Source: Verrucomicrobiota bacterium
Lineage (GTDB): Bacteria > Verrucomicrobiota > Verrucomicrobiia > Limisphaerales > Pedosphaeraceae
NCBI GenBank assembly: GCA_021325145.1
Contig: JAJPHR010000074.1
Span: 1,873-65,872, forward strand
Direction of reading: 5' to 3'
DNA length: 64,000 nt
Positions within the stretch are counted from its first letter, which is position 1, and each line of letters starts with the position of its first letter. Position numbers and translations under genes: made by a program. Shown here in pieces: positions 52,175-62,392 of this stretch. The notes under the pieces are model-generated. The model had not been told where the DNA came from. It saw only the letters and a program-made list of their open reading frames with translations, and made no database searches.

Positions 52175-52897
52175 TCACTTCGCCGGCAGTTCCAGAATCT
52201 TGATGTTCCGGTAACTGGCCTCGTCGTGATGTTCGGTGAGCAGGATGTGGCCCGTGATTTTCTCTCCGAAGCCATGGGCATTCTTAAATTTGCTCTTGGC
52301 GATGGCTGCGCGGACTTCCGGGCTGCCCAGTTCGTAAGTCAGGACCAGTTTCCCATTAAGCCAATGTTCCACGTGATTGCCTTGAATCACGAGGCGGGAA
52401 TGGTTCCATTCCCCAACCGGCTTCAGCGGCTTGTCCGGCGCCGGGGCCAGCACGTCATAAAACGACGCCGTGGTTTCCTTCGGCTTGTCCATCACGATCG
52501 CGTCGTCGATCATCTGGTACTCGTGGCCGGGCGCGGACGGGCGGTCCTCCGTCACCAAATACTTGATGCCGTTGTTGGCCTTGGCGGGGACCTTCCAATC
52601 CCATTGGAGTTCGAAATCCGTGAACTTCTGTTCGGTGATAATGTCGCCCCCATGGGCATTGGCAACGCAAGTCAAAACCCCATCCTTGATCTCCCAGCCG
52701 TGATCCGGCGGCCCGGATTTCTTGTAACTGCGCCATCCATTGAGAGTTTGTCCGTCAAAAAGAAGCTTCCAACCCGCCTTCGTTTCCCGGGCAGTGAGTT
52801 GGTTCGGCGCGGAAGCGGTCATGGTCTTGCAACCCTGGGTAAGCACTCCCGCGGGAAGCACCGCAATGGCTACAATCAACGGAATCGATAATTTCAT
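52175..52897 (-). CDS. DUF1080 (3-keto-disaccharide hydrolase-like, ConA-type lectin/glucanase fold) lipoprotein.
   Basis: GWKLLFDGQTLNGW...W.IKDGVL and C-terminal ...GHILLTEHHDEASYRNIKI pattern. The start is taken at MKLSIPLIVAIAV (52897), which gives signal peptide + lipobox (LTQGC). The track ORF extends to 52969. Confidence 0.75.
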   Translation of the reverse strand: MKLSIPLIVAIAVLPAGVLTQGCKTMTASAPNQLTARETKAGWKLLFDGQTLNGWRSYKKSGPPDHGWEIKDGVLTCVANAHGGDIITEQKFTDFELQWDWKVPAKANNGIKYLVTEDRPSAPGHEYQMIDDAIVMDKPKETTASFYDVLAPAPDKPLKPVGEWNHSRLVIQGNHVEHWLNGKLVLTYELGSPEVRAAIAKSKFKNAHGFGEKITGHILLTEHHDEASYRNIKILELPAK

Positions 52898-53215
52898 AGG
52901 CAGACTGTCCCGGCAGCATTTGCGCGCCAGGCTCGCTGAGGTTGTAAAGTCCTTCTGCTGCAAGGTCAAGCCGCGGAATCGCGAAACTCAAGCAGGTATG
53001 GAATCTCGTTTCACTGAATCGCTGTCACGGCGGGCTCTCCGTGAACTGTTTTGCAGCTCATCGAAAACCAACCATGCTGTCCGCAACGGCGTGAATCCTT
53101 TTCGGGCGACGGCGTGCAGAGGACTGCCCGCCCTACCACTGTGTGCCGGTAGGGTGCGCACTCCTGTGCGCGCCGCCGTGTGCCCACCGATGGCCATGGC
53201 TCAATACTTGGACCG

Positions 53216-55216
53216 TCAAGGTGTTGGCGGCGGGGGGATCTTGTCGCCCAGACGAAGGTACTCCCAGATGGCGTCGATTTGGCGGGCGCCGTCGCCATCG
53301 TAAATGTCGGTGAGCGGGCTTTTGCCATCGTCGTCCCAATAGAGCGGCATCTTGGTGGAGGAATCGATAAGTTGCGGATAGCGCATCCAGCGCTGGGCGT
53401 AGGGTTTCAGCAATCGCGAACTGGTGAGTGCGAAGTTGATCCCGGCTGTTTCAAAGATTTGACTGGGAACGCTTCCGACCGCGTGGCAGGTGACGCAGGA
53501 TAACCCACCCGCCATGGAAACCAGCTTCTGACCGACCTTCGCCTGCTCCATGTCGATGGGTGGCTCGGGCGGCGTATGCGGCGGCCAGCCGTTCAACATC
53601 GCCAGTCCTTGAGCGATGTCCTCAGCGTGATTGTGGAACGCGGGCATGCGGGCATCGAGCCACGGGCGCAATCGATTCGTGATCCCGCCGGCAATGAAGA
53701 CCGCCGACCATTCGGGTTTCAACTTGCCGCCGAGGATATCAAAAGCTGGGACGTTCTCAAGCTTGCCATGGCATTCGCGGCAGTTGAGCAGGCGGGTTTG
53801 ACGAACCGCAAACTCGGTCAATACGTGGCGTGTCAGCGCGGCGCGATCGGTGGCGACGAATGCTTGCAGCGCAGCACGCTCTTCCGCGGTGAACGAAAAC
53901 TGCGGCGCTTTGCCGCTGCTTTCATCTCCCTCGCTGGCAGCCAGGCACCCTTGCTTCCATTTTTCCGGCGGCGCATCCGTCCAGCGTTTGGCGGCGAATT
54001 TGTTTTCGAGCCTGAGCGCATGGCAGTTCAGGCAACCGGAGGTTTGGACCAATTTGTGGCCGCGATCGATCGCGGCTTCAGCGGCCACTTTTGGTTTCTC
54101 AGCGCCCGCAAGCAGATAAGCCGCGAGCTGCGTGGCTTCGTCCGTGCTCAGCTTGAAGTTCGGCATGCGAATCCACACGTAATGCGCGTCGGGCTTTTGG
54201 AGGAAGGGAATAACATCGCCCGCGACGAATTTTTCGCGGACTTGCTTGAGTTGGATTTTGCCTGGTTCGGAACCGTCAGTGTCCGGCGGAGTGTGGCAGG
54301 CAGCGCAGTGCAAGGTTTCGAAGAGTCCTTTGCCGGAACTGATTTGATCCTTCGCCGGTTCCGGTGGCTCGTTGGTGGCAGCTCCCGATTTTTGCGAAGC
54401 CAGGAACGCGGCGATGGCGTCGGCATCCTCCGCCGCCTTGGGGCCACGGAGCAACTTAGGCATGTGAGCGGAGGGCCGGAGCGCTTTCGGGTCTTGAATC
54501 CAGCGCGACATCCATTCGTAATTGCGCCGCGAGCCGATCGCTTCGAAGGAGGGCGCATCCATGGCAATTTCCGGAACGGGCGAACCCGGCACGGCGTCGA
54601 GGTGGCATTTGGCGCAGCGATATTCGAGGAACAATTCCCGGCCAAGATGGAGCGCAGCCGTCCGGGCAGCGTCCGGCGCATCGCCGGAATGCGTCAGCAA
54701 ATCGAGCGGGATGGGATGAAAGAACCCGCCCTTGGGCTGCCAGCGCAACCGCACGAAGGCATCGCCATGTTCCGGGCTGGTGAAGGAGACTTTAAGGGTG
54801 TTTGCGCCCTGATTGAGTTGCGTGGATTTCGGTGTGTCGGCGACGCCGTTGGTGTTGGCGTCGAGGACGACCTGCCCGTTGATCTCCAATTTGAGGCTGC
54901 CATTCTGTTCCGTCTGAAAGCCATAGTCGGCCTGTTTCTCCACGGTGACAACGCCTTCCCAAACGGCGTTGAACTTGCCACCCGGCAGGAACGGCGTCGC
55001 TGGCTTCCCTTCCGGAGTGTAAAGCCAGACGTTGGGGGCAGTGATTACATCGGCGGCATTGGAGGCGTCCAACGAGGTGAAGGTGAGGCGCAGGCCGGAT
55101 GCTGAGTTGGAGGTGGCCGGTGTCGCTGTCGTTTGGCCGTGCGCCAAGGCAGCCAGGGCGGCGGCGAGCAGCATTTGTGCAACGAAGTTGAATTTGCTCG
55201 GATGGTGAGCAGGCAT
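53216..55216 (-). CDS. Secreted pentaheme c-type cytochrome with N-terminal beta-rich domain, about 666 aa.
   Basis: Five CxxCH motifs (CAKCH, CAACH, CLNCH, CRECH, CVTCH). Signal peptide from MPAHHPSKFNFVAQMLLAAALAALAHG, start taken at 55216. The + strand ORF 53576..55105 is antisense. Confidence 0.8.
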   Translation of the reverse strand: MPAHHPSKFNFVAQMLLAAALAALAHGQTTATPATSNSASGLRLTFTSLDASNAADVITAPNVWLYTPEGKPATPFLPGGKFNAVWEGVVTVEKQADYGFQTEQNGSLKLEINGQVVLDANTNGVADTPKSTQLNQGANTLKVSFTSPEHGDAFVRLRWQPKGGFFHPIPLDLLTHSGDAPDAARTAALHLGRELFLEYRCAKCHLDAVPGSPVPEIAMDAPSFEAIGSRRNYEWMSRWIQDPKALRPSAHMPKLLRGPKAAEDADAIAAFLASQKSGAATNEPPEPAKDQISSGKGLFETLHCAACHTPPDTDGSEPGKIQLKQVREKFVAGDVIPFLQKPDAHYVWIRMPNFKLSTDEATQLAAYLLAGAEKPKVAAEAAIDRGHKLVQTSGCLNCHALRLENKFAAKRWTDAPPEKWKQGCLAASEGDESSGKAPQFSFTAEERAALQAFVATDRAALTRHVLTEFAVRQTRLLNCRECHGKLENVPAFDILGGKLKPEWSAVFIAGGITNRLRPWLDARMPAFHNHAEDIAQGLAMLNGWPPHTPPEPPIDMEQAKVGQKLVSMAGGLSCVTCHAVGSVPSQIFETAGINFALTSSRLLKPYAQRWMRYPQLIDSSTKMPLYWDDDGKSPLTDIYDGDGARQIDAIWEYLRLGDKIPPPPTP

Positions 55217-55444
55217 TATTACTCCGCGCGGGGAGCTTGGTTCTGTGCAAGTTTCACTGGACTTATTTAGCAAAGCGCATTGGGGGAAGTCCAGAGGAAC
55301 AACGCTGCGGTTAACGCCAATTACACGGAGCAACAAGCGACTCGTGCGTTTTCCGGAAAGAAGATTGATGTGTTTCGAAGCGTTTGAATACTACGATGGC
55401 GAGGAGTGGTGCTCCTCGCCATCGTGCCCTATTAAAGGTGAATG

Positions 55445-58400
55445 CTAATAACCAGCCGTGTGGTTGGCATTCTTGCGGAACATCGGCCACTCGGTTGTAT
55501 TGGTCGGCGCCAGCGTAGTGGTTCCGGCCACGGCATAAACGTTGCCATCATTGGAGCCGACATAGACTGTGCCATCGGCTCCAATGACGGGAGAGGACAA
55601 CACAGGGCCGCCGGTATGCGCGGGCCATAGGGCCGTTTTTAACGTCGGTTGTCCGTGAGCCTGAGTGGGCGGCAGGACGGCATATAGGTTTCCATCTCCA
55701 GAGCCGTAGTAAACCGTGCCATCTGTCCCGATTGCCGGTGACGAGCTGCTGCCATTTCCGTTGGGATTTGTTCCGAAATCAGATTCCCACAACTCGGAAC
55801 CATTGCTCTTGTCGATGGCGAAGAGTGTGCCGGTGGTATCCACGATATAAACGGCGCCATTGGGGGCAACCACAGAATTTGTCAGACCTATGGAAGCCGA
55901 TGATAATACGGTCGGCGTGTTCCCGTTCTTCTGGAAGAGCCACAGTTGGGCTGGTCCGTTATTGCCCGAAGGCGGAATAATGGCTTGAGGCCCGAAGTAA
56001 ACAGTTCCGTCCTTTCCAATTGTAGGTGACGGACCGATGTCGCGATTACCAATGGCAGCCGAGTTGAATGTCCAGTTGGCCTGACCGGTGGGCAAAGCAG
56101 CAACCAAAGTGCCGCCCTCCAAACCGTAGAAAACGGTTGCATTTGGCCCAACGGAGGGTGAAGCGCCGAGTTCTCCCTGGTTGAGAGCAGGCCATTCAAG
56201 ATTGCCGGCAGGAGTTATGCCGAAGAAGCTCCCATTCTCATCCACGCCGGCATAAATGCCATTAGTGCCAATAGCAGGAGAGAACGCTCCACCTTCATCC
56301 AAGTCTGAATCCTGGAGATCGAGCAACCACTGCCGGTTTCCAGCGGGATCAAGCGCAAACAAATGGCTGTGTGCGGCTGCGTAAATGGTTGAATTCGAGG
56401 CGACTGACGGAGTCGATGTAATTTCATTATTGGCGGCACCCAAAAAGGCTGCCCACTGCTCGGTCCCATTAGTGTTAAGTGCCCGAAGCCGGGAAGGGAA
56501 CTCCGGTAAAGGTATGCCACCCGACTGGGTGTCGGTCGAATGCACGTAAATCGTCCCATTGGTGCCAATAGCCGGCGACGAATCAACCATCGTGGTAACC
56601 TGGGGATTGGATTCAGGGGTGGTACGGTAAATCCATTTCACTGTGCCATCAGGAATGGAAGCTTGAACGGTGGACCTGGCAGGCAGCGAAGTGGCGGAGC
56701 ATCCGCCGCCACCCGGCATGTTGACTTGAACTCGATATTGATTGCCATTCTGCGCAGGAGAAACGGTCAGGACCGAAGCTGTGGCGCCGGGAATAGTCGT
56801 AAAGTGTAGTCCACCGTCAATACTCTGCGACCATTGGTAGGTCAAGCCTGTGCCGAGCGCGGTCACAGAAAAGCTCGCCGAGGAGCCTGTAGTAACGGTC
56901 TGTTGCATGGTTTGCCCGATGATATAAGGCCCGACGGCAAGATACGCGGGAGCCGAAACAATGGAACAGCCCGTGTCCTGCTCCGTCACGACCACATCGT
57001 ATATCCCCACGTCGCTCGAAGATACGGGGTGGATTGTAAGAGTGGCAGTCGAGGAACCGGATACATCGCCTCCGTCGGAGAGGGCCGTCCCATCTTTTCT
57101 CCATTGAAACGCCAGGCTTGACCCGGATGCGGTCACGGAAAATGTGGCTGTCGCTCCGGCACAGACGGTTTGACTCTGCGGTTGAGCGGTGATGACCGGC
57201 CCCAGAATGGTAATCGATATCGTAGCCGGAGTGGACGTCAGAAGCCCATCTGAAGCCGTGAAGGTAAAACTGTCATTCCCCACGTAGTTGTTATTCGGCA
57301 TGTAGGCCAGGTTGGGCGAGGTCCCGCTTAGAATGCCGTGAGACGGGCCGCTCACCACGTTAAAGGTCAACGGCTCACTGCATTGGCTGCTCCCGGTCAA
57401 GTTGATGTTCAAGGGCGTATTCAGACAATCGTTTAGCGATTGCGGGTCAGCGACAGGTTGGACATCCGATACAGTAATGGAGATGGTGGCCGGAGACGAC
57501 GTTAAGACACCATCAGTTGCCGTGAAAGTAAAACTGTCATTGCCCACATAATTGTGATTCGGAACGTATATCAGGTTGGGCGAAATTCCGCTTAGCGTGC
57601 CGTGCGATGGGCCACTGACCACGTTAAATGTGAGGGGTTCGCTGCACTGGCTGCTTCCGGTCAAGTTGATGCCCAAGGGCATGTTCATGCAATCGCTTAA
57701 CGATTGGGGATCGGCGGTGGGCTGGAAATCATTCACCGTAATGGATATCGTGGCTGGAGACGACGTCAGGACCCCGTCCGTGGCAGTGAAGGTAAAACTG
57801 TCATTGCCCACGTAGTTGTTATTCGGGGTGTAGACCAAATTCGGTGGAGTTCCGTTCAGAGTGCCGTGAGACGGGCCGCTCGCGACGTTAAAATTCAACG
57901 GCTCGTTGCATTGGCTGCTCCCGGTCAAGTTTATGCCCAGTTGAGTATTCATGCAATTATTTAAGGACTGCGGATCAGCAGTGGGTTGGGAATCGGTGAC
58001 GCTGATCGCGACTGTCGCCGGTGTGGAAGTGTATAATCCGTCGTTCAAAGTAAACGCAAAACTGTCATTACCTATGTAACTAAAAGCAGGTGTATAAGTC
58101 AGGTTTGGCGCTGTTCCGCTTAAGGTGCCGTGCGCCGGGAAGGTGGTTATAGTGTAAGTCATCAAACCGGAGCACGGGCTGCTTCCGCTCAAGTTGACGC
58201 CAACGGGGGTGTTCATGCAGGTCGAAACGTTCTGGGGGCTGGCCACCGTAATCAAGCTCTCCAGATAATCCGGAATTCCGTTGCCATTGTTGTCCTGCGG
58301 ATTGCCGCTGCCATCGAGAGCCACGAAGTGAAAGCCGATGTCCACCAGGGTGCAGCCCTCCTCCGTTTGGTTGGCTTGTGTGGTATAAGCGAACAAGCCG

Positions 58401-60304
58401 GCTCCTTCCGCGCTGCGGCTGCCCGCATCCACAAGTGAAGGGGAGGATGAGCCCAAATACCAGGGACCCAACGGTCCGGGAGCATAGCTCAGTGAATTGA
58501 GCAGCACATTAGCCGTCCCGCCAAATTGGCTCGAATCAGTGTTATAAAACCCGTCGTTGGATCGGGTCACGTAGTTGAGGTAGTTGCCGTCGCCGGTTAG
58601 AAAGGCCGAGGCCGTATCGAAGAGGTTGTCGGCTATCTTCCACAGCGGATGAAGAGTGGCAAGTGCATCGCGATGCGACATGCCCAGCGTGCTGTTCCAA
58701 AAGAGGTTATTGTAAACATTAGCGGTCAGCGGATTATCATAACTCGGAGTACCCGTCCCGGCTTGAATGTAGCCTTCAATCAAACTTGCCGTGCTTCGTT
58801 CAAATCGGTTGTTCCAAAGGGTGGCCGTCGGCACTTGTTGATTCGCGGGCCAGGGGAAACCGCCAATCAAATAGGTGCTCAAATTGACGCTGCGCAGTGT
58901 GCAGTTCTGCAACGAAAGCGTATTGAAATTGAGCGGGTAGGCGAAACCGTTTAAAAAGAAGTATTGCCTCAATCCCGTCATGGGAATGTCTGTAAAATTT
59001 AGGATGATCCAAGGCTTGGGCGCGCCGGAAAAGTTGGCGGTCGCTCCCGCTACGCTGAAGACCGCGCTGATGGTCGGGTTGTAACCGGTCAGTGCCACGG
59101 GCTGTTCCTGGACCGAGGTGTACCAGACCATCCGGGTCGGTGATCCGGGAAGTCCCTGGCTCGTAACGCCGTTAATGTCAGTCATGGAAAAACCGAAACG
59201 CCCGGCCATGCCGATCTGCACGCCGTTATTCATGGCGACGTAGAGCTTTACTGCCACCTGAGTGCAAAGGTAATCCAGCGGATCATAATGGTAACCGAGG
59301 TCGGGCGAAAAGCTGGTATCACGTGGCACAACGGGAACCCAGGTGGTCGCTGTATTGATGCTGCTGGGGCCCAACAATGGCGGTTGTGTTGTCTTCTGCT
59401 GCAAATCACTGGCAAGCTGCCCATCGATGCTGGGAGTGCCGACGCCTTGGAAGCCGCTTTGAGGGTTCAAATAATAATTGCCTGCACCCAGGTGCTGGAA
59501 CGGACTGGCGCTGGGCGGCCCGAATGGAGACGAGCCGAAACTCGGGGGCGTGTTATAAAAGCCATTGTTACTCCCGTTCATTACGACATTATTTCCCAAT
59601 ACAAAAGCACTCAGGTTCGCAAAGACGCAATTGACGAAGTTAAAAAAAACGGAAGAATTTCCATTTGCGCCAATGAGAAAGGCAGGAACCATGGGGTAAT
59701 TGGTGCTGCCGCCGAAGGTTGTATTCTCCACATCAAAATTCGCATACGAAGGGTTGTTGAATGCGGTTTGGACGTTCGCAAACAGCAGATTTCTTATGCC
59801 AATGCTGCCCTGGCCAGGAATATTGATCCCGGAGAGGCAATTAACGAGCTGGCCGTGATAAAGGCTGAGAGCCATGGAAACAGAGCTCGCCGAAATAGCT
59901 TGCTGGGCATAAGCGATTCGGAAGTTGGTCATTCCCCAGGTTGAAGGCGGGTTTCCGAAGAAGTTCAAAGCCGGGTTCGCATAATGATTGCTTCCGGGGT
60001 TTCCGCTCGAACCGTTGACCATGTTACCCACGGTATTGTCATCTTTGGCGGTGAAGATCACAGGTCGGTATGGGGTCGCCTTGCAATTGACATTGGAAAT
60101 GCTTAACGACGCTCCGATAGCATACTTGATTACAGCTCCCCCCTCAAAAGTGGTCACTCCCGAAAGAGTCACGCCATTGGTCACGTAATAGGTCGTGTCG
60201 CCGAGAAACGTGTAATTGTTTTGGCTGGTAACCGTCACAACAGCCGCTTCGGCCGATATAACCGCCGCACAGCCAAACACAATGAGGAGTGGTAAAGCTT
60301 TCAT
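55445..60304 (-). CDS. Giant secreted multidomain protein, 1619 aa. N-terminal beta-helix-like module is paralogous to the 1..2199 protein. It is followed by 4 tandem ~88-aa Ig-like repeats, an I-set-like Ig domain, and a C-terminal PQQ/BamB-like beta-propeller.
   Basis: Signal peptide MKALPLLIVFGCAAVISAEA. Repeats with the pattern ADPQSL[NS][DN]C[ML]N..L.INLTGSSQCSEPLTFNV.SGPSHG.LSG..PNL.Y.PN.NYVGNDSFTFTA.DG.LTS.PATISITV. C-terminal repeats (DGTVYVGS.DGNVYAV) are typical of PQQ-like propellers. Confidence 0.8.
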   Translation of the reverse strand: MKALPLLIVFGCAAVISAEAAVVTVTSQNNYTFLGDTTYYVTNGVTLSGVTTFEGGAVIKYAIGASLSISNVNCKATPYRPVIFTAKDDNTVGNMVNGSSGNPGSNHYANPALNFFGNPPSTWGMTNFRIAYAQQAISASSVSMALSLYHGQLVNCLSGINIPGQGSIGIRNLLFANVQTAFNNPSYANFDVENTTFGGSTNYPMVPAFLIGANGNSSVFFNFVNCVFANLSAFVLGNNVVMNGSNNGFYNTPPSFGSSPFGPPSASPFQHLGAGNYYLNPQSGFQGVGTPSIDGQLASDLQQKTTQPPLLGPSSINTATTWVPVVPRDTSFSPDLGYHYDPLDYLCTQVAVKLYVAMNNGVQIGMAGRFGFSMTDINGVTSQGLPGSPTRMVWYTSVQEQPVALTGYNPTISAVFSVAGATANFSGAPKPWIILNFTDIPMTGLRQYFFLNGFAYPLNFNTLSLQNCTLRSVNLSTYLIGGFPWPANQQVPTATLWNNRFERSTASLIEGYIQAGTGTPSYDNPLTANVYNNLFWNSTLGMSHRDALATLHPLWKIADNLFDTASAFLTGDGNYLNYVTRSNDGFYNTDSSQFGGTANVLLNSLSYAPGPLGPWYLGSSSPSLVDAGSRSAEGAGLFAYTTQANQTEEGCTLVDIGFHFVALDGSGNPQDNNGNGIPDYLESLITVASPQNVSTCMNTPVGVNLSGSSPCSGLMTYTITTFPAHGTLSGTAPNLTYTPAFSYIGNDSFAFTLNDGLYTSTPATVAISVTDSQPTADPQSLNNCMNTQLGINLTGSSQCNEPLNFNVASGPSHGTLNGTPPNLVYTPNNNYVGNDSFTFTATDGVLTSSPATISITVNDFQPTADPQSLSDCMNMPLGINLTGSSQCSEPLTFNVVSGPSHGTLSGISPNLIYVPNHNYVGNDSFTFTATDGVLTSSPATISITVSDVQPVADPQSLNDCLNTPLNINLTGSSQCSEPLTFNVVSGPSHGILSGTSPNLAYMPNNNYVGNDSFTFTASDGLLTSTPATISITILGPVITAQPQSQTVCAGATATFSVTASGSSLAFQWRKDGTALSDGGDVSGSSTATLTIHPVSSSDVGIYDVVVTEQDTGCSIVSAPAYLAVGPYIIGQTMQQTVTTGSSASFSVTALGTGLTYQWSQSIDGGLHFTTIPGATASVLTVSPAQNGNQYRVQVNMPGGGGCSATSLPARSTVQASIPDGTVKWIYRTTPESNPQVTTMVDSSPAIGTNGTIYVHSTDTQSGGIPLPEFPSRLRALNTNGTEQWAAFLGAANNEITSTPSVASNSTIYAAAHSHLFALDPAGNRQWLLDLQDSDLDEGGAFSPAIGTNGIYAGVDENGSFFGITPAGNLEWPALNQGELGASPSVGPNATVFYGLEGGTLVAALPTGQANWTFNSAAIGNRDIGPSPTIGKDGTVYFGPQAIIPPSGNNGPAQLWLFQKNGNTPTVLSSASIGLTNSVVAPNGAVYIVDTTGTLFAIDKSNGSELWESDFGTNPNGNGSSSSPAIGTDGTVYYGSGDGNLYAVLPPTQAHGQPTLKTALWPAHTGGPVLSSPVIGADGTVYVGSNDGNVYAVAGTTTLAPTNTTEWPMFRKNANHTAGY
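57130..58250. repeat. Four in-frame tandem DNA repeats (about 264-285 bp each) encoding the Ig-like repeat array of the giant protein. They are intragenic and not CRISPR.
   Basis: Repeated DNA strings, e.g. ccgtgcgatgggccactgaccacgttaaatgtgaggggttcgctgcactggctgcttccggtcaagttgatgcccaagggcatgttcatgcaatcgcttaacgattgggg with near-copies about 270 bp on either side. The peptide repeats are identical in architecture. Coordinates are approximate. Confidence 0.75.
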
Positions 60305-60447
60305 AAGAAGATTTAGTTAAGTTTCAACCGGAAAATCGAACAAGCATGGATTTGCACCGGTAGTGTCGCCTATACTGAACCTCCTTGACTCCCGAGGCAA
60401 GCAGCCACTCATATCTTTGGCTGCCATTTCGTATCCCTAGCTGCCAT

Positions 60448-60777
60448 TTATGACGTTCGATGCAGCCCCTGTAGAAATGCTTTGGGAGGAATGCCGGAAA
60501 ATATTTTAAAAATCCGCGAAAAATGTGAGGCTTGCTTAAATCCGAGATCTCCCGCCACAATTTTGACTGAGCGAGACTCCATCAGCATGGGCAAAGAGCG
60601 TGCGATCCGCTGGCTGTCGAGCCACCTTTGCGGTGTCAAACCATAGAATTGGAGCGTATAACGGTGCAGTTGTCTTGGAGAGACTTGCAACGCTTCGCAT
60701 AGCAGTTTGGGACTGTATGCGGCCGGCGATGTTATTCGAAGCCAATGCTCAAAATCACTGGGAGTTGCACGAACCAT
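60448..60777 (-). CDS. AraC/XylS-type HTH domain protein, HTH-only (109 aa). It may be a truncated remnant of a full-length AraC regulator.
   Basis: C-terminal AraC signature ...IVAGDLGFKQASHFSRIFKIFSGIPPKAF. There is no N-terminal sensor domain. It lies in an AT-richer 1.1-kb non-coding-looking interval (60310-61460). Confidence 0.5.
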   Translation of the reverse strand: MVRATPSDFEHWLRITSPAAYSPKLLCEALQVSPRQLHRYTLQFYGLTPQRWLDSQRIARSLPMLMESRSVKIVAGDLGFKQASHFSRIFKIFSGIPPKAFLQGLHRTS

Positions 60778-61462
60778 AAGGCGTTCTCAAGCGCAGTCGC
60801 ATATCCTGTGGCAGCCGTGGAGGCCAATGTAATTCAGTTTCCTGTCCCTTGGGAGAAGCCGGTTGCTTAAGCAGGCATTCTATCCGATGATCTGCGGTGC
60901 CTTTAGTCTCTTGTTCTATTCCGTCATTGAAGAAACCGCATCTTATAGCATGGCGCAGAACTCATGGTCTTTTTACTTATAGCGCGTGATTCAAGCCGTG
61001 TCAAGTTGCTCTATTGTAACAATCAGGCGACGATCCCGAAGAGTAGATGCCTCCTACGGTTTAGCAGTTGTAATACACCCGATGGCCCTCGAGATATTGG
61101 CGAAACGTTGAATACATTCGTCTCTCTCCATGAACTTGAAGAGCCGCGCTTGATTATCAATAGTGCGCTTCGCAGACGCGTGGCGTCCCGCCTTGTTGCG
61201 CCGGAGCCGCAGAACGAAGGGGGGAAGCTGGGACTCCATATTTTCCGGCGGCCGATTGCGCGTATTCGGGTTCATAATCCGTGAGCAGGTTCAAACGGAA
61301 CAGGAAACTTTCCTGAAACTCCAAGGCACATAATTTGGACTCTCCGCCGGGAGAGGAGCAAGAACAACTCTGCGCAAACGATTGTTCCTCAGACCCGGGG
61401 CATCCGATACCGCAAGATTTCCCTTGCCGGAAAGCCGGAAAGCCCTCAAAAGCAATCCAGCT

Positions 61463-62368
61463 ATGAACCGACGTGCATTTATCCAAACCGCGGCTCTGAC
61501 CGCAACGGCCATGACCACCCTCCCTTCATCCACCCTGCTCGCCGCCGAACCGGGCAAAGGCGTCCAGTGGCCTATCGGTTGTTTTAATCGCCCATGGGTC
61601 GATGACAAGGCGGGCTGGACTCTGGACATGGCTCTGGAGGGAATCAAAGCGGCGGGTTACAAAGCCATGGGGCTCTTGACACCTTTCAAGAATGAGCCGT
61701 TCATCGGCGTCACGGCGACGCCGGAATACCTGGACGGCTTGAAGCAGAAGATCGCCGCGCACGGTTTGAAGGCGAACATGGGTTCGATTCACACCAAACC
61801 GAAAGCATCGGTCGAGGCTTTGACCAAGGATGTGCGCACTCAAATCGATAACGCCAAGCGGCTGGACCTGGAGTTCCTGCTGACCTTTGGGGTTGATGAT
61901 CCGGAAGACTATGAAAATTACTGTCGGGCGATGGCGGACGCGGCGGACTATGCGCAGGAGCGCGGCCTCAAGCTGGTGCTGAAACCGCACGGCGGCAGCA
62001 GCGGCGAGGCGGACAAGATTATTGAGTGCATCGAAAAGGTGAAGCGGCCAAATTTCAAAATCTGGTACGATGCGGGCAATATCATCTACTACAACGCCGA
62101 CAAGGACCCAGTGGAGCAGCTCAAGCCCATCGCCAAATATGTGACCGGATTTTGCGCGAAGGATTGCGACAAAGAGCATGGCGAGGTCTTTCTTGAGTTT
62201 GGCACGGGCAAAGTTGATTTCCCGGCCGTGTTCGGCGAGTTGAAGCGCGCCGGCTTTAACGGCCCCGTGATGGTCGAGTGTTGCGTCAGAGGGAAGACTG
62301 CGGAGGAAACCACCGCGAGCGCCCGCAAGAATCGTGAGTTCCTGGAGCGGGTGTTTGCCGGCCTGTAA
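61463..62368 (+). CDS. Tat-exported sugar-phosphate isomerase/epimerase (xylose-isomerase-like TIM barrel), about 301 aa.
   Basis: Twin-arginine signal MNRRAFIQTAALTATAMTTLPSSTLLAA. TIM-barrel AP-endonuclease-2/XI-like pattern (ILGYKAMGL..., E-containing strands, HxKD). The start is chosen at 61463 rather than the track's 61382. Confidence 0.7.
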   Translation: MNRRAFIQTAALTATAMTTLPSSTLLAAEPGKGVQWPIGCFNRPWVDDKAGWTLDMALEGIKAAGYKAMGLLTPFKNEPFIGVTATPEYLDGLKQKIAAHGLKANMGSIHTKPKASVEALTKDVRTQIDNAKRLDLEFLLTFGVDDPEDYENYCRAMADAADYAQERGLKLVLKPHGGSSGEADKIIECIEKVKRPNFKIWYDAGNIIYYNADKDPVEQLKPIAKYVTGFCAKDCDKEHGEVFLEFGTGKVDFPAVFGELKRAGFNGPVMVECCVRGKTAEETTASARKNREFLERVFAGL

Positions 62369-62392
62369 GCCGGGACGCGACCCATACCGCGC

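Noticed and set aside
53576-55105. + strand ORF of 509 aa
   Set aside because: Antisense to the pentaheme cytochrome gene, which has five CxxCH motifs. Gly/Arg/Ala-rich with no motifs.
57130-58250. Regular ~270-bp tandem DNA repeats that could be mistaken for a repeat array or CRISPR
   Set aside because: The repeats are long (about 270 bp, not 25-40 bp), have no unique spacers, and are in frame within a single ORF encoding Ig-like protein repeats.
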